Source: Candidatus Aerophobota bacterium (GTDB lineage: Bacteria > Aerophobota > Aerophobia > Aerophobales > AE-B3A). Taken from it: a stretch of 46,915 nt of DNA. The notes below the pieces were generated by a model. The model was not told the DNA's origin. It searched no databases and saw nothing but the letters and a program-made list of their open reading frames with translations. The stretch covers positions 1-46,915 of the forward strand of contig JAUWXE010000001.1 of NCBI GenBank assembly GCA_030616535.1, given 5' to 3'. The position numbers were made by a program, and so were the translations under genes. This document shows positions 33,592 through 41,788 of this stretch, in pieces; the first letter of the stretch is position 1; each line of letters begins with the position of its first letter.

Positions 33592-34935
33592 ATGAAAAGA
33601 AGAAAAATCACTTTAATTGGAGGGGGGAGTCTCCAATGGACTCCCAAAATTCTTGTAGACTTTATGTTAACCGATGAGCTTAAAGGATACCAAATTTGCC
33701 TTCATGATATAGACGAGGAAGCTTTAAGTCTCATGCACCGCTTAGGCAAGAAAATAATTAGAGAAGCAAAGGGGAATTTTCACTTGATCGGTACCACGTC
33801 ACTGGGGGAGGCCCTACGGGATGCAGATTATGTTATTTTATCTATCTCTACCGGTGGGCTGGACACTATGCGATATGATTTAGAGATACCTTTAAAATAC
33901 GGTATTTACCAATCGGTAGGAGATACAGTAGGTCCAGGAGGACTGAGCAGGGCGCTAAGAAATATTCCAGTAGTGGTGGGGATTGCAAAAAAAATGGAAC
34001 ACTTGTGCCCGGATGCTTGGCTCCTTAATTACACCAACCCTATGAGCACGCTCTGTCGAGCAATAAACAAAACAACACGCATTAAGACTGTAGGTCTTTG
34101 TCACGAACTTCTTTTGGTTCTGCGAACCCTCAAAAAGATTTTCAAAGTGGAAAAAGATTCAGAGATTCAGGTAAAAACAGCAGGGATAAACCACTTTTCC
34201 TGGATCCTCGAGCTGAAGGTAAAGAATAAGGAGGGGTTTCCTCTTTTAAAGGAATACATCGAACGAGAGGAAGAAAAATTAAAAAAACAGGTCGATAGTT
34301 TGGATTGGCAAAGCCTGGATCCATTTAAAGACAATAATATTTTGAAATTTGAGTTGTTCAAAATGTTTGGATGCCTTCCTGCTGAGGGAGACAGACACGT
34401 GGCCGAGTTTTTTCCTCACTTTTTAACCGAAAAAACTTCCGCTGGAAGAAAATATGGAATAAAGCTTACTACAATCGAGGATCGATTAAGAGTGATGGAA
34501 CGAGCCAGAAAAGAAATTCAATCTATAATAGAAGAAAAACAATCGATAAAACTGGAGTATTCAGGGGAGAAGGCATGTGATATCATCTCTGCCATTGCTA
34601 ATGGGAAAGATAGTATATTCATGATGAATCTGCCCAATCGAGGACAAATTGCCAATCTTCCATCAGAGGTGATAGTGGAGACTCCAGCTTTAGCAAATGC
34701 AAATGGAGTGCATCCTGTTTCAGTAGGAGAGCTGCCTCCTGGGATACTTGGGTTAACCTTAAAACACATAACAAATCAAGAGATGATTGTTGAGGCTGCT
34801 CTGACTGGCAACAAAGGATTGGCCCTGCAGGCCTTAGTCAATGACTCCTTAGTTAAAAATTGGGAAGATGCTGCCAAGATGCTTGATGAGCTCCTGCAAG
34901 CAAATGCTGATTATTTACCTCAATTCCGGCTTTGA
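33592..34935 (+). CDS. GH4 family NAD+/Mn2+-dependent glycosidase
   Basis: KITLIGGGSLQWTP Rossmann start, GDTVGPGGLSRALRNIP, NYTNPM and the hallmark GLCHE. 447 aa. Specificity is not deducible from sequence alone. Confidence 0.9.
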   Translation: MKRRKITLIGGGSLQWTPKILVDFMLTDELKGYQICLHDIDEEALSLMHRLGKKIIREAKGNFHLIGTTSLGEALRDADYVILSISTGGLDTMRYDLEIPLKYGIYQSVGDTVGPGGLSRALRNIPVVVGIAKKMEHLCPDAWLLNYTNPMSTLCRAINKTTRIKTVGLCHELLLVLRTLKKIFKVEKDSEIQVKTAGINHFSWILELKVKNKEGFPLLKEYIEREEEKLKKQVDSLDWQSLDPFKDNNILKFELFKMFGCLPAEGDRHVAEFFPHFLTEKTSAGRKYGIKLTTIEDRLRVMERARKEIQSIIEEKQSIKLEYSGEKACDIISAIANGKDSIFMMNLPNRGQIANLPSEVIVETPALANANGVHPVSVGELPPGILGLTLKHITNQEMIVEAALTGNKGLALQALVNDSLVKNWEDAAKMLDELLQANADYLPQFRL

Positions 34936-34960
34936 GGAAAAGAAGAGATGAAAAATAAGT

Positions 34961-35191
34961 GTGTTTACGATAATTACTCCGGAATTCACGCCTGAGGAGG
35001 TAGTGAAAAGATTAGCCCATCTTAGATATGAGGGAGTTGAGTGGAGAGTAGTGACAGTTTTAAAAGAAAATGAACAGGAAACTTCTTTCTGGAAAGGTAA
35101 TAAATGCACTCTTTCTCTTGAGGATTTCTCAGATATTCCCACTGAGAAGAAATTAAATGAGGATATAGAATATCTCAAAAGCCTTAAGTAA
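34961..35191 (+). pseudogene. 5' stub (about 76 codons) of a xylose isomerase-like TIM-barrel gene
   Basis: VFTIITPEFTPEEVVKRLAHLRYEGVEWRVV...ETSFWKGNKCTLSLEDF matches the N-terminus of a subfamily I recall as F.V.T.EWTPEEA...L.ELGYDG(V/I)EWRV....pgFW.gNr.T. The remaining ~200 residues are absent; the toxin-antitoxin (TA) islet follows. Confidence 0.55.
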
Positions 35192-35394
35192 TGGAAGATC
35201 ACCACCATGGTCGTCTTCCTTCTCTCTACCTTGTCGTATTTGTCCTCTTCTGTCCCATAGTAAGACATTCGCTACCTTCCTCTAAACTGAAACCCTCATT
35301 TTATCTACTTTCTAGATTATAGGTTGACGTCACTTTGGCGTCTTTTTCATCTAATCTTGACAAATTTATTTTTCGAGAGCTTTTCAAAATTCAC

Positions 35395-35423
35395 TTGACA
35401 AAAAAAGTTTATTTAATTAAAAT
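35395..35423 (+). promoter_or_regulatory. Candidate sigma70-type promoter for the phd/relE module
   Basis: TTGACA (35395-35400), a 17-nt spacer, then TAAAAT (35418-23), about 35 nt before the antitoxin ATG. The 9-mer CTTGACAAA occurs twice (35356-64 and 35394-402) and may be an operator repeat. Confidence 0.4.
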
Positions 35424-35457
35424 TATCACCACATTTATAACTACAAGGAGGAGAACG

Positions 35458-35724
35458 ATGAAATTTATTCCCCTCAGAGAAGCCAAAGCCAAACTCTCAG
35501 AAGTTATAAGGGACACCGAAAAACAGGACATAATTATTACCTGCTGGGGAAAGCCTAAAGTTTTGATGCAAAAGTTGGGAGAAGAAGATATTGAGGATTA
35601 TGTTATCTCTCATAGTAGGAAAATAAGAGAATCAATAGCCGAAGCCTGGGAAGCTTACAAGAGGGGAGAGATCATAAGTTTAGATGAGATAATAAAATCA
35701 AAGAAGAAAATTGAAAAAGTTTAA
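35458..35724 (+). CDS. Phd/YefM-family type II antitoxin
   Basis: RBS aaggagg precedes ATG 35458. MKFIPLREAKAKLSEVIRDTEKQDIIITCWGKPKVLM fits the Phd/YefM N-terminal fold. 88 aa. The tracked 35335 start is an upstream extension through the promoter. Confidence 0.8.
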   Translation: MKFIPLREAKAKLSEVIRDTEKQDIIITCWGKPKVLMQKLGEEDIEDYVISHSRKIRESIAEAWEAYKRGEIISLDEIIKSKKKIEKV

Positions 35725-35998
35725 AATAGTGTACGCTAAGCCAATCCAGAAGGATGTTAAGAGACTGGAAGTAAAAATAATTGAGCGCTTGCGCTCTTCC
35801 TTACAAAGGCTAGCTAATAATCCTTTCCCTAGTATTAGAGCAGGCAAAATAATTAAGAAATTAGAAATAAAAGAGCTTACTTACCGTCTTAGAGTTGGAG
35901 AATACCGGGTTATCTACCGCATTGAAACACAGAAAATTATCGTTTTGAGAATTATTCATAGAAAAGAGTTAAAAAGAGAACTGAAAAAATTAAGCTAG
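35711..35998 (+). CDS. RelE/ParE-family type II toxin
   Basis: It overlaps the antitoxin by 14 nt. YRLRVGEYRVIYRIETQKIIVLRIIHRKE is the RelE/ParE signature. 95 aa. The TTG start is uncertain. Confidence 0.8.
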   Translation: MKKFKIVYAKPIQKDVKRLEVKIIERLRSSLQRLANNPFPSIRAGKIIKKLEIKELTYRLRVGEYRVIYRIETQKIIVLRIIHRKELKRELKKLS

Positions 35999-36011
35999 CA
36001 GGTAGTCTGAA

Positions 36012-36257
36012 ATGAAAACCTATGTCTTTAGAGTAGTAGTCGAACCGGATGAAGACAGGTGTTTTGCCCATTGTCCAGTGCTTGAGGACAAAGGAGCAGC
36101 TACCTGGGGATACACTAAAGAAGAAGCTCTTAAAAATATGAGAGAAGTAGTTCAGATGACAGTAGAGAGCATGCTCGAGCATGGAGAGAAAATCCCAGAG
36201 GAACCAAAAGAAGAGGTAAAGGTCTTCTCTGAACCCTCAGTAGCTGTCACTGTATGA
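36012..36257 (+). CDS. hicB: HicB-like type II antitoxin (UPF0150 fold, no obvious DNA-binding extension)
   Basis: YVFRVVVEPDEDRCFAHCPVLEDKGAATWGYTKEEALKNMREVVQMTVESMLEHGEKIPE matches the HicB N-terminal domain. 81 aa. Confidence 0.75.
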   Translation: MKTYVFRVVVEPDEDRCFAHCPVLEDKGAATWGYTKEEALKNMREVVQMTVESMLEHGEKIPEEPKEEVKVFSEPSVAVTV

Positions 36258-36420
36258 ACGGAATTGATTATTCAAAACTTCGTTCTCTAGCTGCCAGGAA
36301 GCTTCCTTAGTGCTTTAAGAAAAGATGGATTTAATCTTGACCGAAAATCTCCTTACCCATCGCCAATATCTTCACCCAGAGGGAAGAAGACTAACAGTTT
36401 CTTCTCATCACTCAAGTGAT
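36254..36420 (+). pseudogene. hicA: hicA toxin pseudogene (two frameshifts plus 3' truncation)
   Basis: ATG 36254 overlaps the hicB stop (ATGA). Frame A reads MNGIDYSKLRSLAARKLP*, frame B reads (L)SALRKDGFNLDRKS.., and frame C reads ..THRQYLHPEGRRLTVSSHHSSD. Joined, they give the HicA consensus (..L.ALeK.GF...rq.GSH..y.hp.gr..tvp.H). Removing one C in cttCcttag restores AARKLLSALRKDGF. The C-terminal ~20 aa are replaced by antisense SDR (short-chain dehydrogenase/reductase) sequence. Confidence 0.65.
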
Positions 36421-36590
36421 GCCTTTTCTCTACCGACCTTTTCGATTTCTCTTGCCGCCTCTTTCAGACTTTCATTGTTAATATCATTTAGAGCCACCCT
36501 GGCTCCTTCCTGGGCAAACCTCAGGGCGATGGCTTTGCCAATGCCTCTTGCTGATCCAGTAACTAAGACAACTTTACCGTTTAATTCCAC
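36408..36590 (-). pseudogene. 5' stub (60 codons) of a short-chain dehydrogenase/reductase (FabG-like) gene
   Basis: (GTG)ELNGKVVLVTGSARGIGKAIALRFAQEGARVALNDINNESLKEAAREIEK is the SDR cofactor-binding N-terminus (TGxxxGIG). It lacks the NNAG and YxxxK parts and ends where the hicA remnant begins. Confidence 0.65.
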
Positions 36591-36700
36591 TTCATGTTTT
36601 CTCTTATTTAGGCTTAACTTGCGCCCTTTAACTTTTAGGACGAGAGTCTATCTTCTTAAATTTAATGGTAATTCCTGCTTCCGGTCACCCGAGAATAGTA

Positions 36701-37558
36701 CTATTTTGTAATCTCAGGAACATTGTTAGAAAGGTATTTAAGACTTTCCCTTACGTATAGATCAGGATCTTGAATCTTCTGCCCAATTTCTCCTAGTTCA
36801 AGAGAGGCAACTGCTGTCTCATTATATCTAGCACAGGTTTCATCAATTCCTATCTCAATTAGCTTTCGTAGATAATCAGGAACTCGAGTTACTCCCCTGC
36901 CAATTATCCAGTTTGCGTGAGTCTTACCGTCATTGTCACTTATATGGACATGCAGAACCCTATCTTTTAATTTTTCTAAAGTCCTGGGAGGTTCCCTGGT
37001 AATGGCCAGATGTCCTATATCAATATTAGCAAATAAATTGGGGGCGTCTACATCCTCGATCATTTTAGCCATAGAAGTGGTATCATTGATGACATAATAG
37101 ACCGAGGGATCGAGCTCTAAAGTCAAAAAAATATCAAAATTAGAAAGCCACTCACAGTAGTCTTTGATAAAATTAACCGCGTTAACCCAGGCTTCTTCCC
37201 GACTGGTTTCGAGAGTTTTCCATCCTCCACCAAATCCAAGGAGGACCTGTTTTCCTCCCAGTTCAGCCTGGAATTCGGTGCAAGATTTTAGATAAGAAAG
37301 GCACGTTTCCCTCTCTTTGGCATCATTAGAAGCAATATTCCCTGGAACAAGCATTACCATTCCTGAAGAGGTCAAACCTAGGCCTTGAAATTTGCGGGCG
37401 ATTTTTCTTCTCTCATCTCGGTTCAGTGTCCGGGGATTACCACTCCCGTAAGCTAAAACATCAACATACTTAAATCCAAGAGATTTTATCTTATCCAGAC
37501 TCTTATACAAGCCAATGCCAGTTATTTCCCATATAGAGTTGTTAATCCCTAGTCTCAT
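36701..37558 (-). CDS. Sugar phosphate isomerase/epimerase (xylose isomerase-like TIM barrel)
   Basis: GFKYVDV, LTLELD, IDIGH, HVHISDNDG and ASLELG. 285 aa. Confidence 0.85.
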   Translation of the reverse strand: MRLGINNSIWEITGIGLYKSLDKIKSLGFKYVDVLAYGSGNPRTLNRDERRKIARKFQGLGLTSSGMVMLVPGNIASNDAKERETCLSYLKSCTEFQAELGGKQVLLGFGGGWKTLETSREEAWVNAVNFIKDYCEWLSNFDIFLTLELDPSVYYVINDTTSMAKMIEDVDAPNLFANIDIGHLAITREPPRTLEKLKDRVLHVHISDNDGKTHANWIIGRGVTRVPDYLRKLIEIGIDETCARYNETAVASLELGEIGQKIQDPDLYVRESLKYLSNNVPEITK

Positions 37559-37587
37559 TCTTTGGTCCTCCTTTTTGCTACTACTAA

Positions 37588-38556
37588 TCAGCTCAAATTC
37601 AAGGCTTTGTTTTGAAGGTAGGAGAAAATCTTGGGAGTGTTCCTTTCTTTCATTAATTGAAAAACGTGGGAGGAGTCGATATTTTTCAATAGGTGCTCGG
37701 TGTTTCTCATAAATTCAATACTGGTAGTGAAGACCTCTACCGGGTTTAGATTTTTTGGGGAAACATCCATGGCGATCCAGCCCTGGTAGTTATATTCTCT
37801 TAAATAGAAGAGTAGTTCCAGGTAATCCCAAAAGTTGACGAACCCGGGAATTAAATCCCAATCCCAATTTCTAAAATTATCGTTGATGTGTAGGTAGAAT
37901 AGCTTACCTTTGCTAACCAGGAGCGATACAGATTCAGCCGGATTTTCACCTGCCTGAAGGGCATGACCTACGTCGAGAGTTATACCAACGTTTTCCCTAT
38001 CGACCTCATGGCAAAAGTGTAGACCTTTGCCTACTGTTCCTATAATAGTGCGAACCACTGGTTCACTCATTTTGTATTCTAGGCTAACTTTAATATCTGA
38101 TCTGTAGTCGGCCACCCTTTTTACTGCCTCAATCAAGTTTTTCCAAGCCTCTTGATAGTTTACCTGAAAGGGATAATCGTGGCCATCATTTAAAAGGCAC
38201 ACGGTGATTAAGTTGCAATCTAATTGATAAACCCTGTCTATTGCTTGCTTTAGAACCTCCTCCGCTTCTCTCCTCGTCTTTTCTGAGGGAGAAGTCAGGG
38301 ATCCGTATGTCCATCGGGGTTCAGCCTTTAAGTTCACGTTAACTGCAGAAACTCCCAATCTATATTTCTCTATTAAGCTTCTTAACCTGTCAAAGTCACT
38401 GAAATCTGATGGGTAAATTACCTCCACCCCCTGGAGTCCCTCTATTTTGGAGGCTAGCTCGAGCTTTTCTTCGAGTGTTCTCGGGGTTTGATACTCTGTA
38501 AATCGGTCCTGCAGTTTCCCCAAAAAACCGGTGATAACAGAATATTTTATCTCCAT
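37588..38556 (-). CDS. Sugar phosphate isomerase/epimerase (xylose isomerase-like TIM barrel), distinct paralogue
   Basis: Start at MEIKYSVITGF (RBS aaggag). VSLEYK, LDVGH, YLHINDN and WIAMDV. 322 aa from this start. Confidence 0.8.
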   Translation of the reverse strand: MEIKYSVITGFLGKLQDRFTEYQTPRTLEEKLELASKIEGLQGVEVIYPSDFSDFDRLRSLIEKYRLGVSAVNVNLKAEPRWTYGSLTSPSEKTRREAEEVLKQAIDRVYQLDCNLITVCLLNDGHDYPFQVNYQEAWKNLIEAVKRVADYRSDIKVSLEYKMSEPVVRTIIGTVGKGLHFCHEVDRENVGITLDVGHALQAGENPAESVSLLVSKGKLFYLHINDNFRNWDWDLIPGFVNFWDYLELLFYLREYNYQGWIAMDVSPKNLNPVEVFTTSIEFMRNTEHLLKNIDSSHVFQLMKERNTPKIFSYLQNKALNLS

Positions 38557-38722
38557 ATTTTCTCCTTTATCTAAATCAGGATTCAACTACTCCAGCTATT
38601 GAGCTACTTATAAGGTATTCTGGAATATCATATAAATGGCTGCAAAGGTTAAAAGACGCCCTGAGGACATAAGATATGAGCGACTCCACAAAAATGCTTT
38701 ACCATGCCAATTATAGCCATAC

Positions 38723-39760
38723 TCAGCTCTGGTGGCTTTTGAGATTGCGACGATTAGTTTGTCCTGTAATCTCTGCTACTCGGCTAAAAAACTTCTGTTT
38801 AGCTTTAGTGTTTATTTCCCAATTGACCGGAGGTGATTGAAAACCGTCCTTATAATTATTCTTGCCTTGATCATAATATCCCCACGAAGTGTAGACTTCG
38901 AAAGCAGCATCCAAATTTCGAGTATCCGTTCCGTCCTCGTTAAAAACAATGGGTTTTGGCTGGTTGCGATATACTCCAGTGCGACGAATTTTCTTGACTA
39001 ATTGTTTTATACTATCGGGCATCTGGTGATTGCCATGTACAAGAATAAGATCTGCCTCTTCCATTACTTCCTCTGTAGGTAATTTTCCGCCGGAGAAACT
39101 TGTAGAAACTAGAAGACGGCGGCCCTCAGTTGTCAAATTCTTCGCACGTCTAATCAGCTCATGGACACGGCCAGGTTTGAGAATCTCGTGTTCATACGCT
39201 GGAACATCACACTCATTGTTGATTTCCACAATTATATTCTCATACTTAGTTTCTAATAGCCATCCGACAGCATTTTTCACACCTACAATGACTGCTTTCT
39301 CATCTTCCAATTGCTCGTCCTGGCCGAAGTAGTACAAACCAACGATTACAGCCATTCCTAGCTCATCAGCTGCTGCCAAAACTTCCCGGGTTCTGGATAA
39401 ATATGCCGGTTTTAAACTACCATCAGATCGAAAAGCGCTGTTTATCCACGGCTGAGAAAGCTCTGTTTGAACGATAGGCATTCCACCCTGCAGGTTAACC
39501 GTGAATGCCAATATACCTTGATTTTTCCAAGCCGGTAAGGCTGTGATGAATTCTTCCGTAATCCGATCTGGATTCCATTCGTTCATGTCTGGATAAAGCC
39601 AGCATTGTCTAGTGTCTGGGTTCTCATCATCAAAAATGGCCTGCACAGCACGTACATTAAACAACAGCCCTCCTACAGGCTTACCTTCAAACACCCGCCC
39701 ACTGTACGTATACCGACCATTAATTTTGAATTTGTCTGCTTCAATCGACAACTTTGTCAT
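38723..39760 (-). CDS. Putative clan GH-A-like (TIM-barrel) glycoside hydrolase, family unassigned
   Basis: Start at MTKLSIEADKF (RBS ggtgggagag). IIVEINNECD looks like a beta-4 NE acid/base motif, and PIVFNEDGTD looks like a beta-7 nucleophile Glu. It sits between the ABC permeases and sugar-modifying enzymes. I cannot name a CAZy family. Confidence 0.4.
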   Translation of the reverse strand: MTKLSIEADKFKINGRYTYSGRVFEGKPVGGLLFNVRAVQAIFDDENPDTRQCWLYPDMNEWNPDRITEEFITALPAWKNQGILAFTVNLQGGMPIVQTELSQPWINSAFRSDGSLKPAYLSRTREVLAAADELGMAVIVGLYYFGQDEQLEDEKAVIVGVKNAVGWLLETKYENIIVEINNECDVPAYEHEILKPGRVHELIRRAKNLTTEGRRLLVSTSFSGGKLPTEEVMEEADLILVHGNHQMPDSIKQLVKKIRRTGVYRNQPKPIVFNEDGTDTRNLDAAFEVYTSWGYYDQGKNNYKDGFQSPPVNWEINTKAKQKFFSRVAEITGQTNRRNLKSHQS

Positions 39761-39894
39761 TTTCACTCTCCCACCTTTTTGAATTCGAAGTTGCTGCATC
39801 TACCCTATTTAAAACAAACTCATATCACTAAGTTGCCCTTATCTATCTTGTGTGGGATTAATCAATCTTGTGCTATAAAAACGAAATCTCATTC

Positions 39895-40749
39895 TTAAGC
39901 TTTAATTGAACCCGCCGTAATACCACTAGCTATGTACTTCTGGGCCAGAAAAAATAGCAAGAATGCTGGAATTGTTGCTGCTACTGAAGCAGCCATAAAC
40001 TCAGATATGAATTCCACCTGCCCCGCCTCCCCGATCAAATCTCTCAGCCCAACCGCCAGAGGCTTCTTGCTGCCACTACTCAACATTATAGAGGCCCACA
40101 TAAACTCCTTCCAAGCCACCATAAAAGCCCACGCTCCTACGGCTACCATCCCTGGTATGGAAAGGGGCATAGCTATACGGATGTAAGCCCCCATTCTTGA
40201 GCATCCATCAATCATTGCTGATTCTTCCAGTTCTACAGGGTAGGCGCTACCAAAATAAGCCCGTAACATTAAGGTACTGAAAGGGAGAGTCCAAGCTATA
40301 TAAGCAAGAATTAAGCCCGAGTACTTGTTCACGAGTCCCAGTCGATACATCCAGAAGTAAAAAGGAACAATGGTTACAATCCCCGGCAAAAGCTGAGTGA
40401 TTAAAAGGAGGACAATTATCAGTCTAGTTCCTCTAAACCTCACTCGACTCAGACTGTAACCAGCCATGGAGGCCAGAACAACCGTCGCAGCCACTGTTGT
40501 TCCAGTTACAAAAAGGCTGTTAGCAAAATACCGGGCTAGAGGAAATATACGCCAGGGATTTATCAGGTTTTCCCAAACTATCCTTGACGGAAACCAAGTG
40601 GGAGGAGACAAAAACAATTCCCTACTTGGTTTTAGAGCACTGATAGTCATCCAGTAGAAGGGGAAAAGAACAAAGATGAGAAAGCACAAACTAATAATTA
40701 CAAACCAAAAACCTCTACTAAAGATTGGCCACTTGCTAGAGAAGGACAC
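39895..40749 (-). CDS. Carbohydrate ABC transporter permease (MalG/AraQ-type)
   Basis: It has six hydrophobic segments, an EAA-loop region (EESAMIDGCSRMGAYIRIAMPL) and the C-terminus FLAQKYIASGITAGSIKA. Confidence 0.9.
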   Translation of the reverse strand: MSFSSKWPIFSRGFWFVIISLCFLIFVLFPFYWMTISALKPSRELFLSPPTWFPSRIVWENLINPWRIFPLARYFANSLFVTGTTVAATVVLASMAGYSLSRVRFRGTRLIIVLLLITQLLPGIVTIVPFYFWMYRLGLVNKYSGLILAYIAWTLPFSTLMLRAYFGSAYPVELEESAMIDGCSRMGAYIRIAMPLSIPGMVAVGAWAFMVAWKEFMWASIMLSSGSKKPLAVGLRDLIGEAGQVEFISEFMAASVAATIPAFLLFFLAQKYIASGITAGSIKA

Positions 40750-41684
40750 TACTCCTCTCCTCTTGACATATATTTCATATAAATGTAACCGATAACTCCT
40801 GCCAATATCAAAATGATCACGCCAGCGGCAGAAGCAAGGCCCATTTTGTAGTGAATGAAAGCCCGATTATAGATAAATATTGGAATCACGTTTGTAGAAT
40901 CCTGAGGTCCACCGCTGGTCATTAGATAATTGGTCGGAAAATGACTGAGATTCCATATTGTGGAAAGAGCAACCACGACAAACACAACTGGCATCAGGGC
41001 CGGCAGAGTAATATGCCGAAATTGCTGCAATTTGTTGGCCCCATCTACCCGAGCTGCATCATATATAGTCTGAGGTATGCTCTGCAATCCTGCCAGGAAC
41101 ATAATCGTCTTGAAGGGAAAAGAAAACCATACTCTCACGGTGAGCACTGACCAGAAGGGCAGACTCAAACCGAGAAACTTTATATTCAGAGCACCCAGAA
41201 AAGCAACTGGAGCGTCAATGATGCGTAGCTTCATCAGCACAGTATTGAGAGGACTGAAACTCTTACTGAACATCCAAACCCATACATAAGCAATCACTAT
41301 CATTGGAGTAATCCACGGTAAGAAACCGATTGAACGATATATGCCGATCACTTTCGATGATCGATTTAGAAAAAGGGCTACCAAAAGGCCGATCCCGGCA
41401 CTGATAGCAACCGAAAGAACCGCAAAAAGCACAGTATTACCAAGGATAAATAGAAAACGTAAATCACTTAACAGATTAAGATAATTTCGAAAACCGATGT
41501 AGGGCTTGACGGGCATTACCAAAGTATAGTCGTAAAAGCTCAGCCTAATGCCGGTAATAATCGGGTAAATGATTAGAGTACCGATAACAGCGACAGTTGG
41601 AGCAACCATAAGGTAGGGAAAAGCTTGATCAAAACTCAATTGAAATTTAAATCTTAACCTTTTCAAATTACTAGATTCTTGCAT
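40749..41684 (-). CDS. Carbohydrate ABC transporter permease (MalF/AraP-type)
   Basis: EAA loop: IYDAARVDGANKLQQFRHITLPAL. The stop/start overlaps the downstream permease. Confidence 0.9.
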   Translation of the reverse strand: MQESSNLKRLRFKFQLSFDQAFPYLMVAPTVAVIGTLIIYPIITGIRLSFYDYTLVMPVKPYIGFRNYLNLLSDLRFLFILGNTVLFAVLSVAISAGIGLLVALFLNRSSKVIGIYRSIGFLPWITPMIVIAYVWVWMFSKSFSPLNTVLMKLRIIDAPVAFLGALNIKFLGLSLPFWSVLTVRVWFSFPFKTIMFLAGLQSIPQTIYDAARVDGANKLQQFRHITLPALMPVVFVVVALSTIWNLSHFPTNYLMTSGGPQDSTNVIPIFIYNRAFIHYKMGLASAAGVIILILAGVIGYIYMKYMSRGEE

Positions 41685-41788
41685 TTTAAAAACCCTGGTA
41701 TATAAGTTCCTTTGATAGAGACAAAGGGTTTATTGTACCCCACGATCTTTTGGTCACTGAAGTAGACACTGTAAAGCTCAGTTTCACA

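Noticed and set aside
34915-35268. A 117-aa minus-strand ORF with an RBS-like gaggaagg before its ATG.
   Set aside because: Most of it is antisense to the TIM-barrel stub and overlaps the GH4 3' end. It has no recognisable motifs. A very short real peptide at 35200-35268 cannot be excluded.
36325-36711. A 128-aa plus-strand ORF.
   Set aside because: It is a composite. Its first ~30 codons are the third frame segment of the broken hicA gene. The rest is antisense to the SDR stub and intergenic sequence, with Ser/Leu/Phe-rich nonsense composition.
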